The notes under the pieces: generated by a model
Seen by the model: the letters and a program-made list of their open reading frames with translations, nothing else
Told to the model about the DNA's origin: nothing
Database searches by the model: none
Position numbers and translations under genes: made by a program
Source of the DNA: Octopus vulgaris
Lineage: Eukaryota
DNA: 64,000 nt
Assembly (NCBI GenBank): GCA_951406725.2
Contig: OX597830.1
Coordinates: forward strand, 43,214,001-43,278,000
Direction: 5' to 3'
Shown here: one piece after another, positions 14,400 to 29,271 of the stretch
Layout: every line of letters begins with the position of its first letter
Numbering within the stretch: position 1 is the first letter of the stretch

Positions 14400-15738
14400 A
14401 GGATATAGAATATATAGCAAGAAAGAAATGAAATGAAGTATTGATTGTCTTATTGAACAAATGAAAAATTGAAAATATTAAATGTCTATTCTCATTGAAC
14501 TAGTAAATTCTTTCTTGCATTTAAGCATTCATCGGGTTCAGATTGTGACAGGAACGCTTCGACTGTGGTTGACTCGTTTCCTTTTGTCTTTTATATACAT
14601 TCCTGTGGACAGCAGTACTAGTTACTTAGCTATTTTTAGAAATGATGCCAAACCATTTTTCAGTGTTTATTTTTAGAAATGATGACAGCAGTACTTTTTA
14701 GGGATTTTTATTTTTTAGGTATAGGGTTAAGATTTTTAAACCATAGATAAGATTAATTTAATCATTGTTTATTAAGCTTTGGTTTGAATTTATTAATTTT
14801 CTCTCAGTTTTCTCTCGATTTCGTTTAGATTGTATAGTTTATGAAATGGAAATATCATAAATGTTTTCCGACCACATGTTGCCAGATGGTTACTCAGTGG
14901 TATCTGGCGGACTTCTGGATTTTTAATTTGTTGTCGATGCATACGCGAGCGTTCTGATAGTGCATTGCCTGTCTGGCCAACATACAGTTCTTCACAATTT
15001 GGGCATTTGATGCAGTAGATTAAATTTCTTCTTTTGCAGTTCATGTTTGCGTTTGTGAATATTTTCCCTGTTTTTGTGTTCATATATGGGCCAGTATGAA
15101 TTAATTGACATGAACCTCATCAGCTATCATTGCATTTAGACACAGTGAATGGTTGGTCTTTGTTGCTAAGGTCAAACCTTGCCTATGTTAAGAGCTTTTT
15201 CAAGCTTTTAGGCTGTCTCTTGCTGAGAGTTATAGTTTGATCTGTAATGATATATCTTAATTCTTTACTCTGTGCAATGATTGGTAGGTTTGTTTTAGCG
15301 ATATTGAAGATGTTCTAGTGGCATGGATTGTGTGTCACTATAAATGGTATGATTTGTTCTTGTTTTTTCTCTTCTTTGTGGTGTCCTCAGTTGTTGTATG
15401 GGTATTTTTAAAGCCCGCTAAATACCATTTTCTATAAGTAATGACGGGTATTTTTGTTTAAGCAGAAATTCTTTCAGTTCCATCAGGCGCTGATTTGTCT
15501 TTAACTCTTCTACAATGGTACAGATTCTTCTGGCTAAGCAGTATGGGATGTTACGTTTTGTATGCGGCGGATGGCACGATTTAAAATTCAGGTATTGATG
15601 TGTATCTGTGTGTTTGTAATATATATCTGTGGCAATGGTGGTGTTCTTTTTAATTACCATTATATCTAGGAATGGTAATTTGGTACTTCTCATCTCCTTT
15701 GTAAATTGGATGGATGGGTGTAGTCTACACTCATCCAA
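14400..15738 (-). mobile_element. Penelope-like element, 5'-truncated and degenerate (RT thumb + GIY-YIG endonuclease + 3' pLTR)
   Basis: HPSIQFT..LPFLDI..TDIYYKHTDTHQYLNFKSCHP.H.KRNIPY (PLE RT C-terminus) and NLIYCIKC..C..LYVGQTG..L..R...H (GIY-YIG), with stops and frameshifts between them. Confidence 0.93.
14496..14540 (-). ncRNA. Degenerate hammerhead ribozyme in the Penelope 3' region
   Basis: TGAAC-CCGATGA-ATGC ttaaat GCAA-GAAA-gaatttac-TA-GTTCA: 5-bp stem I, U4C core variant, same strand as the ORF. Confidence 0.55.
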
Positions 15739-15818
15739 ACAGTTCTATATTTAAGAGATGAGGAATTATGTACATTATTTATATCTGACGGATATTTGTC
15801 CTCATCTCGTTTGTTGTT

Positions 15819-15864
15819 AACACAACGTTTCGGCTGATATACCCTCCAGCCTTCATCAGGTGTC
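15819..15864 (-). ncRNA. Minimal hammerhead ribozyme in a ~165-bp repeat unit (15741-15905)
   Basis: GACAC-CTGATGA-a-GGCTG(10-nt loop)CAGCC-GAAA-CG-TT-GTGTT; stem III is the palindrome AACGTT. Confidence 0.75.
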
Positions 15865-15942
15865 TTGGGGAAATTTCGAACCTGGGTTCTCATTCCTAAG
15901 ATATTTTTTGATGTTGTTGTTGTTTTTGTTATTATTATTGTT

Positions 15943-16051
<109 letters not shown>

Positions 16052-16107
16052 TCACTGCCTGGAATCGAACTCGGAATCTTGGGATTAGTAGGGCAGTGAC
16101 CCGAATG

Positions 16108-16157
<50 letters not shown>

Positions 16158-16399
16158 CAGAAGAAGAAGAAGAAGAAGAAGAAGAAAAGAAAAAAGAATA
16201 CGCAGGTACTTCAACACTGATTCACTCTCTTTCTCTATCCTCTTTCCCTCTCTCTCTCCTGCGTTATTGCTAATCAATCAAATTGATGTGTCATACACGA
16301 ACTCTCAAGCCTTGGGTCACTGTTGTAACTTTCTGCCGATTGTGCATTATTTACATTATTTACATTTAACGGATATTTGTCCTCATCTTCTTTATTGTT

Positions 16400-16445
16400 A
16401 ACACAACGTTTCGACTGATATACCTTCCAGCCTTCATCAGGTGTC
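16400..16445 (-). ncRNA. Minimal hammerhead ribozyme, copy 2
   Basis: Same motif as 15819-15864; stem II GGCTG/CAGTC has a G-U wobble. Confidence 0.72.
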
Positions 16446-16492
16446 TTGGGGAAATTTCGAACCTGGGTCCTCATTCCTAAGATATTTTTCGA

Positions 16493-16552
<60 letters not shown>

Positions 16553-16554
<2 letters not shown>

Positions 16555-16655
16555 TATGTTTGACTTTTGCTTTATGTCTGTACAAGTTGGCTCCAAGTCT
16601 CACCCAGAGACCTCAAGAGACAACTTGTACAGACATAAAGCAAAAGTCAAACATA

Positions 16656-16660
<5 letters not shown>
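16553..16660. repeat. Short retroposon 3' end with inverted duplication (perfect ~40-bp arms) between (ATT)n and (AAT)n
   Basis: tctatgtttgacttttgctttatgtctgtacaagttg ... caacttgtacagacataaagcaaaagtcaaacataga. Confidence 0.85.
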
Positions 16661-16694
<34 letters not shown>

Positions 16695-16696
<2 letters not shown>

Positions 16697-17251
16697 TGCC
16701 CTGATGCAGTACCAGACAGTGGCTCTCATGGCTTCTGATCTTAACTGATTGGAAGTGTTATCATGTACATTGTTTTGTCTTGGTATAAAAAATGGGCTAC
16801 AGCAAATATTCTGCTCAATACCACAGATTTGCTTGTCAGTTGTTTGACCTTAACCAGTTGAGCATGTCCCTTAGTGGCTGACGATATGTGCATCTCTGAT
16901 CACGAGCAGAAGTAGTGGGGGAGCATCATAGCCATGTGTTGAGAGGAATTCTTTGGGGTTTGAATAATTCACCTCTGGAAACATGGGTGTTTCGTTCAAC
17001 ATCCTTAAACAATCCTTATTCAATGACCTTTTGAGCGGGATGGGCTACTCAACCTGAAGAAAATTCTAACTGGGCCCCACCTGCAAGGTCATGTGCTGTT
17101 TATCTTGATATGAGATCACCATGTCGCGCACATATGGTTGTGATGCATGTGCCTGGTGTACCCTTATCAGACGGGTAGTCATGATGGGTATATTGGGCTT
17201 CGTATATTTTACCCCAGTGTCACTTTGATGGCATGCACTGCTCTCTCACTC
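16695..17251 (+). mobile_element. (TAA)n-embedded non-autonomous retroposon, longest intact copy (~560 bp)
   Basis: Homologous to 3291-3754 and 42550-43970; flanked by (AAT)n. Confidence 0.85.
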
Positions 17252-17323
17252 AGTAATAATGATAATAATAATAACATCGAAAAATATCTTAGGAATGAGG
17301 ACCCAGGTTTGAAAGTTCCCCAA

Positions 17324-17369
17324 GACACCTGATGAAGGCTGGAGGGTATATCAGTCGAAACGTTGTGTT
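17324..17369 (+). ncRNA. Minimal hammerhead ribozyme, copy 3
   Basis: gacac-CTGATGA-aggctg..cagtc-GAAA-cgtt-gtgtt. Confidence 0.72.
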
Positions 17370-17773
17370 AACAATAAAGAAGATGAGGACAAAAATCCGT
17401 CAAATGTAAATAATGTAAATAATGCACAATCGGCAGAAAGTTACAACAGTGACTCAAGGCCTGAGAGTTCGTGTATGACTCATCAATTTGATTGATTAGC
17501 AATAACGCAGGAGAGAGAGAGAGGGGGAAAGAGGATAGAGAAAGAGAGTGAATCAGTGTTGAAGTACCTGCGTATTCTTTTTCTTTTCTTTATTTGTCTC
17601 AGTCATTTGACTGCAGCCATGCTGGGGCACCGCCTTTAGTCGAACAAATCGACTCTCGGGACTTATTCTTTGTAAGCCTATCGGTTCTCTTTTGCCGAAC
17701 TGCTAAGTTACGGGGACGTAAACACACGAACATCGATTGTCAAGCGATGATGGGGGGGACAAACAGACACACA

Positions 17774-17842
<69 letters not shown>

Positions 17843-17987
17843 CGACGGCGGGCTTCTTTCAGTTTCCGCTTAGCAAATCCACTCACAAGGCTTTGGTCAG
17901 CCTGTGCGACTGAACCCGGAACTATGTGATTGGTAAGCAAGTTACTTATCACACAGCCACTCCTGCGGTTATATGTATGTTTTAGCG

Positions 17988-18315
17988 TGAAGGCACGTGG
18001 CTTAGTGGTTAGGGTTATTCGGCTCACGATCGTTAGATCGTGAGTTCGATTCCCGGCGACGTGTTGTGTCCTTGAGCAAGACACTTTATTTCACGTCGCT
18101 TCCATCCACTTGGTTGGCAAAAGATGAGTTGTATCTGTAATTGAAATGATCAACCTTGTCACACTCTGTGTCACGCTGAACCTCCCTGAGAACTCTGTTA
18201 AGGGCACCGCGTGTCTGTGGAGTGCTCAGCCATTTGCACGTTAATTAATTTCACGATGGGGCTGCTCCGTAGCTCGGGTTAACTGGAACCCCCGTCGTCG
18301 TAACCGACTGAGTGC

Positions 18316-18317
<2 letters not shown>
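17988..18317 (+). mobile_element. tRNA-derived SINE family C
   Basis: A box tggcttagtgg, B box gagttcgattcc, central tgtgtccttgagcaagacact motif; second copy at about 55893-56185. Confidence 0.8.
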
Positions 18318-18384
<67 letters not shown>

Positions 18385-18650
18385 TATGTGTGAGTGCATT
18401 TGTACTAATACTGAACATGAATATCAACAATGGGGTACTGAGAAAAAATATGCCTCACTTAATATTCTACTGGCTAAATTCAAATTATTACAAATATATT
18501 ATATAGAAATGTGCCCTTTCCATATTTGTGTTCAATATGCAAAACGTTCCCTTGAGATAGGTTTAATTCCAGATGCTGCTGCTACGAATAAGTAACACAG
18601 AGACTTCCTTGTACGAGATAGCATGAATGTGAATGGGTCTACAAGTATGA

Positions 18651-18683
<33 letters not shown>

Positions 18684-18865
18684 CGTTTATGTATATGTGT
18701 ACATGAAACCCCTTGTAATTTCCTATGTTTACGGCATACATACATGCTTTTGTTATGAGAAGCCACTGAAGTTTAAAATTAGTGAGTAATTTGTCAAAAC
18801 ATCGCTGTCTCCTGTGATGTAATATTAAAAATATCGCAGTCCTGTTTATATTTAAGGAAAGTAAT

Positions 18866-18924
<59 letters not shown>

Positions 18925-19469
18925 TGTTTACATGAAACAATGTTTATTCACTTAAAAAGAAATAAATAAAACAGGGGAGGCCATATAAAGGTGCACAGTT
19001 ATGTTACATTCGAGAATTCTGTGAAGTCAGGCAGACGACATAACAACGATGAAAAAAACGTCTGCTTAGATGACGTCAGGCTTTTATGGGTTCCACATTA
19101 GGTTTAAGTGGGGAATGAAATAGCTTAGAATGACGGATCGTTCAAGGTGTTTATTCTTATTTATTTGCAACAGTTGAAATATTTGACCTCAGATTTTGGC
19201 GCAAGACCAGTAATTTCGAGAATGTGGGAAATTCGATAACAGCGACTCCAGAGATCAACCGACACTTATTTTATCGACCCCACCCCATAAAAAAAAAATA
19301 ATTGAATAGCAAAGTAGACCGCAGCAGAATTTGAACTCAGAACGAAAAGACGGACGAAATGCAGGTAAGCATTTTGCCCGGCGTGCTAACGATTCTGCCA
19401 ACTCGTCGCTTTCAGCAATAGAAATATTAGAAAGTAAAGCTAATCGATTTCAACAATAACAATAACAAC

Positions 19470-19513
<44 letters not shown>

Positions 19514-20084
19514 CATACACGCCATCATCATCATCATCATCATCATCATCTTCATTTAACTTTCATGTTCTAATCTAGCATGAGTGGAACGGTTCGACAG
19601 GATCCGTCGGGGTCCAAAGGCTGCATTATGTTCCAATGTCTGCTCTGGCATGGTTTCTATATTTCAATACCCATCCTAACATCAACCACTTTACAATGTG
19701 GACTGGATGCTTTTTTTTTTTTTTTCGTGCCACCAGCACTAGTGAGGTTGCCAAGCTGCTTGCGAGACAACGAGCTCCAAGACAAAAACGGATGTATGCT
19801 AGGAGATGAAAGGTTGAAATATGAGAAGGGGTGGGATCAGCGCAGAACAGGTTTCGTGCCGCAGAAGTGCGAACATGACAAAAGAAAGCGTTTGGGTGAT
19901 CGGGGTGGATTTGGGAAGAGATGAAAATCCTGCGTTCTGATGGCGATGAAGTCGTTGAAGGCGTGTTTGGCATCGTCTTGGTTTTTGACTCTCGGCATTT
20001 CCTTTCGTTACATCGCCAATATATGTTTCTATGACAACAGGCAGTTGCGACTTCTGATATGTCGCTAGTGGAGGCTTTCCATTG

Positions 20085-20290
20085 GCTTCCGATTAATTTC
20101 TTTCCAGTTTTTACACAAACTTCTACATTCAATGCCCATGTTTTACTGCCATATAGCGTCGCACTCCCTACACAGGGATTACACAATCTGGCATTCAGAG
20201 AGAGGATCCCTTTGTTGCTAACAAAAGTAAATAGCGCCATGAATTTTACCAGATAGTTCTAACTCTGGGAGGGACGCTTACGAGACCCCT
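20085..20290 (-). mobile_element. RTE-like LINE remnant
   Basis: Degenerate ..KG.LSL..RL...CV.SATLYGSKTWAL, which resembles the RTE motif LYGSETW. Confidence 0.55.
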
Positions 20291-20677
20291 ACCGGCACGA
20301 CACTGCTAATTTGGTCACCTTGGCAACAGATGTTCTCAAATACTTCTACAGAGATCCCTTTGACCATTTAAAGGGGTTTTTTTATCGTAAATTATATTTA
20401 ATTTATCAATTTTACACACGCACACACACATGCAATTAGATATTTAAGTCTTTTGTTTTTAAAATATGATCGTTCGGGTAGCATTCATAAATTATGCGGA
20501 CCATCTTGACGTTAACTTTTAATTGATTTTCCTATAAAAAGATAACATATTCCATTCGTCTTCGATATGGAAGTTGTCGACAACAACAATTTCAAAGAAC
20601 TTTAAAAAATAAACAACCATCCGTGTGTGTGTGTGCGTGCGAGTGAGCGCACTCGCAACACACACACACACACACAC

Positions 20678-20733
<56 letters not shown>

Positions 20734-21457
20734 GAGATCGTTTCTTGGATTCATACCCAAGAATCGAAATCTTATTTTCCTACGACACTTCTTTTTGTTT
20801 CGGCGTTAGTACTCGGAAATTTATGAGGTCACCTATCAAACTGATTTTCGTTCCTTTGAGTAAATTCTCCACGACCATTTCGAGCTTATAATAGATAAGG
20901 TGTATACATTCCTTTGTTCTCGAACATAAATGCGGTTCTTCTCGTAGGTATAAGAAGGAACTCCGAGAGAACATCAGGGTCAGTATATTTTCGCTTCCAT
21001 ACGCTGTATATACAGACATACATGATGATGGCTGCCCCCTCGTTATCGAGTATGGCCATTGCACGAGGCTTAACTGTTAACGGTGTTGTGATCCAATGTG
21101 ACTTTTTAGCCCAGCTAAAGATCTACAATGTCTTGGACAGAATTGACAATAGCCAGCTGTAGTTGTAATTGGGCTTCATGTACCTTTGCATATCGTTTAC
21201 GTCCTCATACATACATACATACATACATACATACATACATACATACATACATACATACATACAAACATACATACATACATACATACATACATACATACAT
21301 ACATACATACATACATACATACATACATACATAAACACCCTATTGACGTTGAAATTCCAATGAAGGAATCATAGCTCAAGGTTAGAAAACCAGCCCTTTC
21401 TCTATTGGCAAGAAATTTTGAAATAAAGCTGAATAATGACATGCATACATACATATA

Positions 21458-21696
21458 TATTTTTTTTATAGGGAAGGCTGGTTTATGGGATTAGCCTGGG
21501 TTTCCATTCCATAAAGGGTTTAGCTTTATGACATATCGTCAGACCCCAAAACCTGTTGCCCTAAGATCTCTTTTGAAGAGGTCTTGAGGTCTTAGGCCAA
21601 CAGGTTTTGGGGTCTGATGATATGCCATAAGGCCAAACCCTTTATGGACGGGAAAACCAGAGTAATCCCGTAAACCGGCCTTCCCCATTAAAATAT
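21458..21696. repeat. Imperfect palindrome with ~105-bp arms
   Basis: gggaaggctggtttatgggatta...cagaccccaaaacctgttg / caacaggttttggggtctg...taatcccgtaaaccggccttcccc. Confidence 0.9.
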
Positions 21697-22029
21697 ACAC
21701 TGCTCTACATCTTGGAGTGTTCTTCTGCTACGGGTTTATGTTTTCTACAAATGATATATATATTATAGTTGGAATTTACAAAACAAAACAAAAAAAAAAA
21801 ACAAAAGACGAAGACGGGTGTGTAAACAACAAACAGATGTATTAGTTTAACGCTCGGGAAGTGAGAAAGTCTTTTAAGTTTCGAGCCTACACTCTTCCAC
21901 AGAAAGGAACACAGAAATAAACAGGGAGAGAAAGTTAAGATATCCGTTGGTTTAAGGGTTGATTTAAGGACCCAGCCTTATATTTCGTTCCTCTTTTTTC
22001 TGCTGTTATTGTTGTTGTATAGGTTAGAC

Positions 22030-23223
22030 CAGTGGTTCTCAATTTGGGTTCATATGGCCCTTGCAGTTCAATATATTCCTTAGGGATCAACATAAGATTT
22101 TGTTGATAAAACTGATCTGAAATAAACGGGTTACGTTTCTACAATACACAAGACGATTTAACAATTTTCCCTGTATTGTAGAAATAAATCAGTTTTCTGC
22201 ATATATCTTTTATCTTTTACTACTTTCAGTCAGTAGACTGCGGCCATGCTGGAGCACTGCCTTGAATTTTTAGTCGAATGAATCGACCCCAACACTGAAT
22301 TCTTTTTTTATAAATCTGGTACTTATTCTCTCGGTCTGTCTTGCCGAACCGTTAGAAGTAGTGGGGAACACACTCATATACGAGGTTGAGTCAAAAATTA
22401 TCCGCACTTTTACCATAACATATCTTTAGTATTGTCACACTGCTTTCTACGCATGCGTGCTTATAGTTGGTACTATTGTGGTCATGTGATCGAAATTTGA
22501 GCCTGACCGCACATGTTTTCTTTCTGGCTTTACAGTGTATGCATGGGCCCCTCCACTAGCAATGTGCACCGAAGAAGAACAACGAGCAGTGATTCGAGAG
22601 ATGTTAATGGTGAACCGGTTCATCACTACCATCTCTCGAGTTTGCTGAATCTTCTCGTCAGTGGTGGAGATTGACGGGCGTCCTGCTCCCTTTTCGTACG
22701 GAACACTTGTCTGACCACTTTTAAAATTCTTGATCCCTTAAAACACACGCGGTAATGCAATGTCCCCATATTGTGCTAAAAGCCTACGATGAATTTCAGC
22801 ACGTGACACACCATTCGACAAAAGAAATCGGATCATTGTTCTTGTTCTTCTTTGGTACATATTGCTGGTGGAGCAGCCATGCTTATACTGTAAAGCCAGA
22901 AAGAAAAATGGCGCGATCAGGCTCAAACTTCGATCACGTGACAATAATAAAAGTGCGGATAATTTTTAATTTCTCCTTGTATACACACACACACACAACG
23001 GGCTTCTTTCAGTTTCCGTCTACCAAATCCACTCACAATGCTTTGGTCCACCCGAGGTTATAGTACGAGACACCCAACCCCAAATACCACATAGTGGGTC
23101 TGAACTCGGTTGGAGAAGCAAGTTTCTTACCACACAGCCACTCACAATATTTAATCATAAAATATAGTTGGAGTTTTTAGACATCAAAGGGTTCGATAGT
23201 CAAAAATTGCTTGAGAAATTCTG
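22030..23223. mobile_element. hAT MITE containing a nested SINE B (about 22205-23142) and a mariner derivative
   Basis: CAGTGGTTCTCAA ... TTGAGAAATTCTG with TSD GGTTAGAC/GTTTAGAC; same family as 25080-25345. Confidence 0.75.
22379..22981. mobile_element. Non-autonomous mariner derivative made of two inverted 5' ends
   Basis: TIRs tacgaggttgagtcaaaaattatccgcac / gtgcggataatttttaatttctccttgta with TA ends. Transposase N-terminus on both strands: +, CTEEEQRAVIR; -, IRFLLSNGVSRAEIHRRLLAQYG..FKSG..GRPS. Confidence 0.88.
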
Positions 23224-23752
23224 GTTTAGACTCATGTGAGGGAGGTCAGTGACTAAAGATGTTCCAGCCATGACCATCACTGATAGAAATGGCAGAGAAG
23301 GTACCTCGTTTGCAGCGAGAGATGGATTGGAGTGAAGAGGCTTATAGGGCCGAACCCACTCTCACCCTTCCCAACCTAATCTCACAAAGCTTAGCACACC
23401 CCAGGTTTCTAAAACCCAGATTTGCTTTTTCAGACACAGTGTATCTCAGATTACCTTAACTAATGTGTCGCATTTTTGTTTTTAATAAGACGTTAGGGCG
23501 TGATTTCGTTGGTATTTCTAGCAGTACGAGCGACCATGAAAAGGGCTCTCTAATAAAATAAGAACCAGCAACAGCAGCAACAGCAGCAGCAGCAGTAGTA
23601 GTAGTAGTTGTTGTTGTTGTTCTTATCGAGCGCCTGATCGAGTCTTATAGAGCAGATTTCGTTGGTATTTCTAGCAGTACAAGCGACTGTGTAAAGGGCT
23701 CTCTCTTGTTCACGGTGGAAGCAGTAGCAGCAGCAGCAGCAGCAGCAGTAGC

Positions 23753-23792
<40 letters not shown>

Positions 23793-25079
23793 ATGGCGGT
23801 GGTGGTGGTAGTAGTTGTAGCAGTAGTAGTCGATGTCTTTTGTCGGTGTTGTCAAGTATTAGGTAGAGTCTGACAGAATAGATAGATATACCTTCTACCA
23901 TCTTATATTGTTTACCTCCCACCCCACCCCACCCCAGCCCCATTTCTTCAGACAATGTAAGTCCCTACAACTATTCTGTACCCCCTACCTTCTGCTGTCT
24001 CCAGCATATTGGGCCCTGCCCCTTGTGGCCAATAAAAGAAATTAATGTTTACAAGAAAGATCATTATTATATACCCTGCTATTGTTATCTATTAATTAAC
24101 GTGCCTTCACTGTTGGTTATTGTTAATCTCAGCCCCTGTTTTTTTCCCTTTTTTCTTTTTACATGATGCAAATGAATCTCCCCCCAGCCCCGTTTATTAT
24201 TTTACTCTGTATTTTTCGCTTGTCCTTGTGACTAAAAAAAAAAATCCTTATTGTTTGATGGTCGCTCCCGTCGATTTCGATGTATGAATGTTTGAAGGAG
24301 AGAATTTAAGGAAAAGGAAAAAGGATTATTAATAGTACTGTTAATAATATCTATAACTAAGTACTTCGATGATGGGTAATAAATTCCTGAATGTTCGGAG
24401 TATCTGTTTAGACACGTCGTCAGTAACTTTCACAATCAAGGCGCCAATCCCATTCATGTAGATAACACACACACACACATACACATTCTCTCCCTCTCTT
24501 TGTCTCCTCCTTCCCTCATTGACGTTCTTCCTTCTAAATAAGAGAGCTTCGGCAGCCACCACATGGTCGCTCCTGCTAGAAATAGCAGTCAAATCTCCAC
24601 CAAATCACGCTCTTATTATCTCAGGAAAAAAAAACACTTAGTGTAATCGGTGTGGTCTTGTACATAGAGCAAATACGGATTAGACGTGACTGGAATGCCA
24701 CTAATCACAGGTCTGTCCGATCATGGCTGACCCAGGGCTAAACAAGACAGCAACATCCAGGTTTAGGGTAATCTCATTTATCTCTTTACGTGTCCCGAGA
24801 AATTCCCGCAACTTTGAAAAAAAAAAAATCTCGACCAATCATTTTAGATATTGTCGAGTTCAAATCTCGCCTAAGTCGACTTTGCCTTTCATCCTTTCGC
24901 GGTCAACAAAATAAGTACCAGCTGAGCACTGGGGTCAATGTAATTGACTTATCTCCTCTCCCGAAATTGTTGGCCTTGCGCCAGAAATCATCATCATCAT
25001 TATCAAGGATTTCTTTTATGAACCAAGAAGGCCCAGGACAGTGAGAAAAATACAAACATAAGTGATGGTCTATTTACAT

Positions 25080-25345
25080 CAAGGGTTCTAAACCAGAGTT
25101 CATATGAACCTTAGGGGTCTTTATTAGATTTTGTAGATAAAATTTATGTACAATAAAATCGGTTATACTTCTGCAATACACAAAATATTTCAGTTGTTTT
25201 TTTTTTTATAGATTTCGTAATAATATTTAATCATAAAAATACAGCAGGTTGTTTTGTTATACACATCGAATGGCTATGAGGGTCCAGTTGAGTAAAATAG
25301 GAATTAAAAGGGTTCATATGCGAAGAAAACGATTGAGAATCACTG
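25080..25345. mobile_element. hAT MITE
   Basis: Degenerate TIRs (caagggttctaaacc / gattgagaatcactg) with a perfect 8-bp TSD ATTTACAT. Confidence 0.8.
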
Positions 25346-25419
25346 ATTTACATCGAGTAGAAAAACAGTCAACAACAACGAAAAAAACCTTGTGATATTG
25401 TAATAAAACTTTCGATAAT

Positions 25420-25850
25420 GATAATTTCTTTTATTAGCCACAGGGGCATGGATGAGGGGAACATCACAAGCACACAATTTGTGTAGGGATTTACATAAAG
25501 GATGAGGAAAAAGTAATGGAAAGACGGTGAAATACAATAAAAGGGAATGATGGGGCCCCTCTGTTAGAGGCGAAACACCAGCTAAGGCCACCCAAGCGAC
25601 CCCACAGGTTCATAGTTACCCTGACCGCCAAAGGCACGAACCGTCTCTCCCGTCTACAGGTGCATTCTTGGAGTAGGGCCCTTCGCTCGAACCAGTTTTG
25701 CCAGTCACCCATTTTTTCACAAATTCACTGCAAGGCATCACTTCCCTCTCCAGCTTCACTTTCCTTTCAAAGTGGAACTTTAAAAAAAGTCGATGAAAGC
25801 TTGACCGAAGAAGAAGGTGTCTTTCTTCAAACCCCTCAGCCTTGTCCAGA
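25420..25850 (-). mobile_element. Tx1/L1-like LINE 3' end
   Basis: WTRLRGLKKDTFF.GQ.FIDFF..HFERKVKLERE....F.KKW, then a 3' UTR ending AATAAAAG. Clade assigned from recalled similarity. Confidence 0.6.
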
Positions 25851-26386
25851 TCCCCATTACGCGACTGGTACTTTATCGATCATGGAGGAATGAAAAGCAA
25901 AATTGAGAGGGTGTCTTTCCCGACACAAATGCTCCGGAAACTCTTATGATTTGTACTAATTAACTGATAGTGATGTTCAGGTATCCCTATTTCATTTAAT
26001 TATCTTAGTAAATCTGGGAAGACGCGTATCCGTACTACTTTGCCCCAAAGGTCCATACCAAAGGTCAAGGTATATCGCTCACGGTCGTAAGGTCGTTAGG
26101 TTCGATTTTGTATCCGTACTACTTTCCCCCAAAGGTCCATATCGTTGGGGCCAGAATAAATACGAAATAGGCAAAAAGCAAAACAAAAGAGAAATAATAA
26201 TAATCCTTTCTAAGTATAAGGGCTGAATTTTGGGGGAGATGAGATGTCGATTACATCGATCCCCAGTACAACACTGGTATTTATTTAGTCGATACCGAAA
26301 GAATAGCAGGTGAAATACAATTTGTGTTATCTTCATCGTATCAAAAACTCCCCTTTTTAATAACTCAACTATTCTCTCACTGTAAC

Positions 26387-26436
<50 letters not shown>

Positions 26437-26937
26437 GGGGCGGACCCAAGGAGGTGGGGGTGACACCGAGTGGCACGTGCCCCACTCAAAAAAAGAAGTG
26501 TGCCCTTCTAAATAATGTTATTACGCCCTTTTCTTCTGGAATTGTATTTCCTTTCTGACCTTGTGTCCTCCCTTCGAAAAATTCCTGGGACTGCACCATT
26601 TCATAATCATCATCACCATCATGACCACCACCACCACCACCACCACCACAACCACCACCACCACCACCATCATCATCATAATCATCATCATCAACAACAA
26701 CAACAACAAGTGCAATAACCCGCAACATCATTTACAACTACGGGTTAACGAGGGTGCTTCTATGTTCCTCGCTTGATCTCCTAGAAACAACAACCCACGT
26801 CTTCCTCAAATCTCACCGCCGTAATGTCTTAAGGAAAAGAAAGAATGGACATCAAATAATGTGGCGTTTCTTCGTATTTTCGGATTGAAACGAAATGAAT
26901 AAAATAAAATAAAAACCAAACATTTGAAAGAGTCTGG

Positions 26938-28999
<2,062 letters not shown>

Positions 29000-29233
29000 C
29001 GCACACACGCCGCAAGGATGTGAAACGGAGACGCCGGTAACGTAGTCCTTTCTAGACCTGGTCACGGTCGAAAGGACAATGATTATCACCACAGCATCAC
29101 CTCCTCAGCATCGCACCTTATAATATGATTGACTGTCAGGCCAACAGCTCTGCACGTCGTTAACTGCACCACCTACTAACACCGTCGCTGCCTGTCCGTC
29201 TGTCTGTCAGTCTGTCTCTCCTTCACCACTACT

Positions 29234-29271
<38 letters not shown>

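Noticed and set aside
17988-18060. Functional tRNA gene
   Set aside because: The A/B boxes continue into a SINE body, and there is no complete cloverleaf.
19071-19078. Perfect CRE site TGACGTCA (also near 50120 and 57593)
   Set aside because: A few 8-mers are expected by chance in 64 kb, and there is no supporting context.
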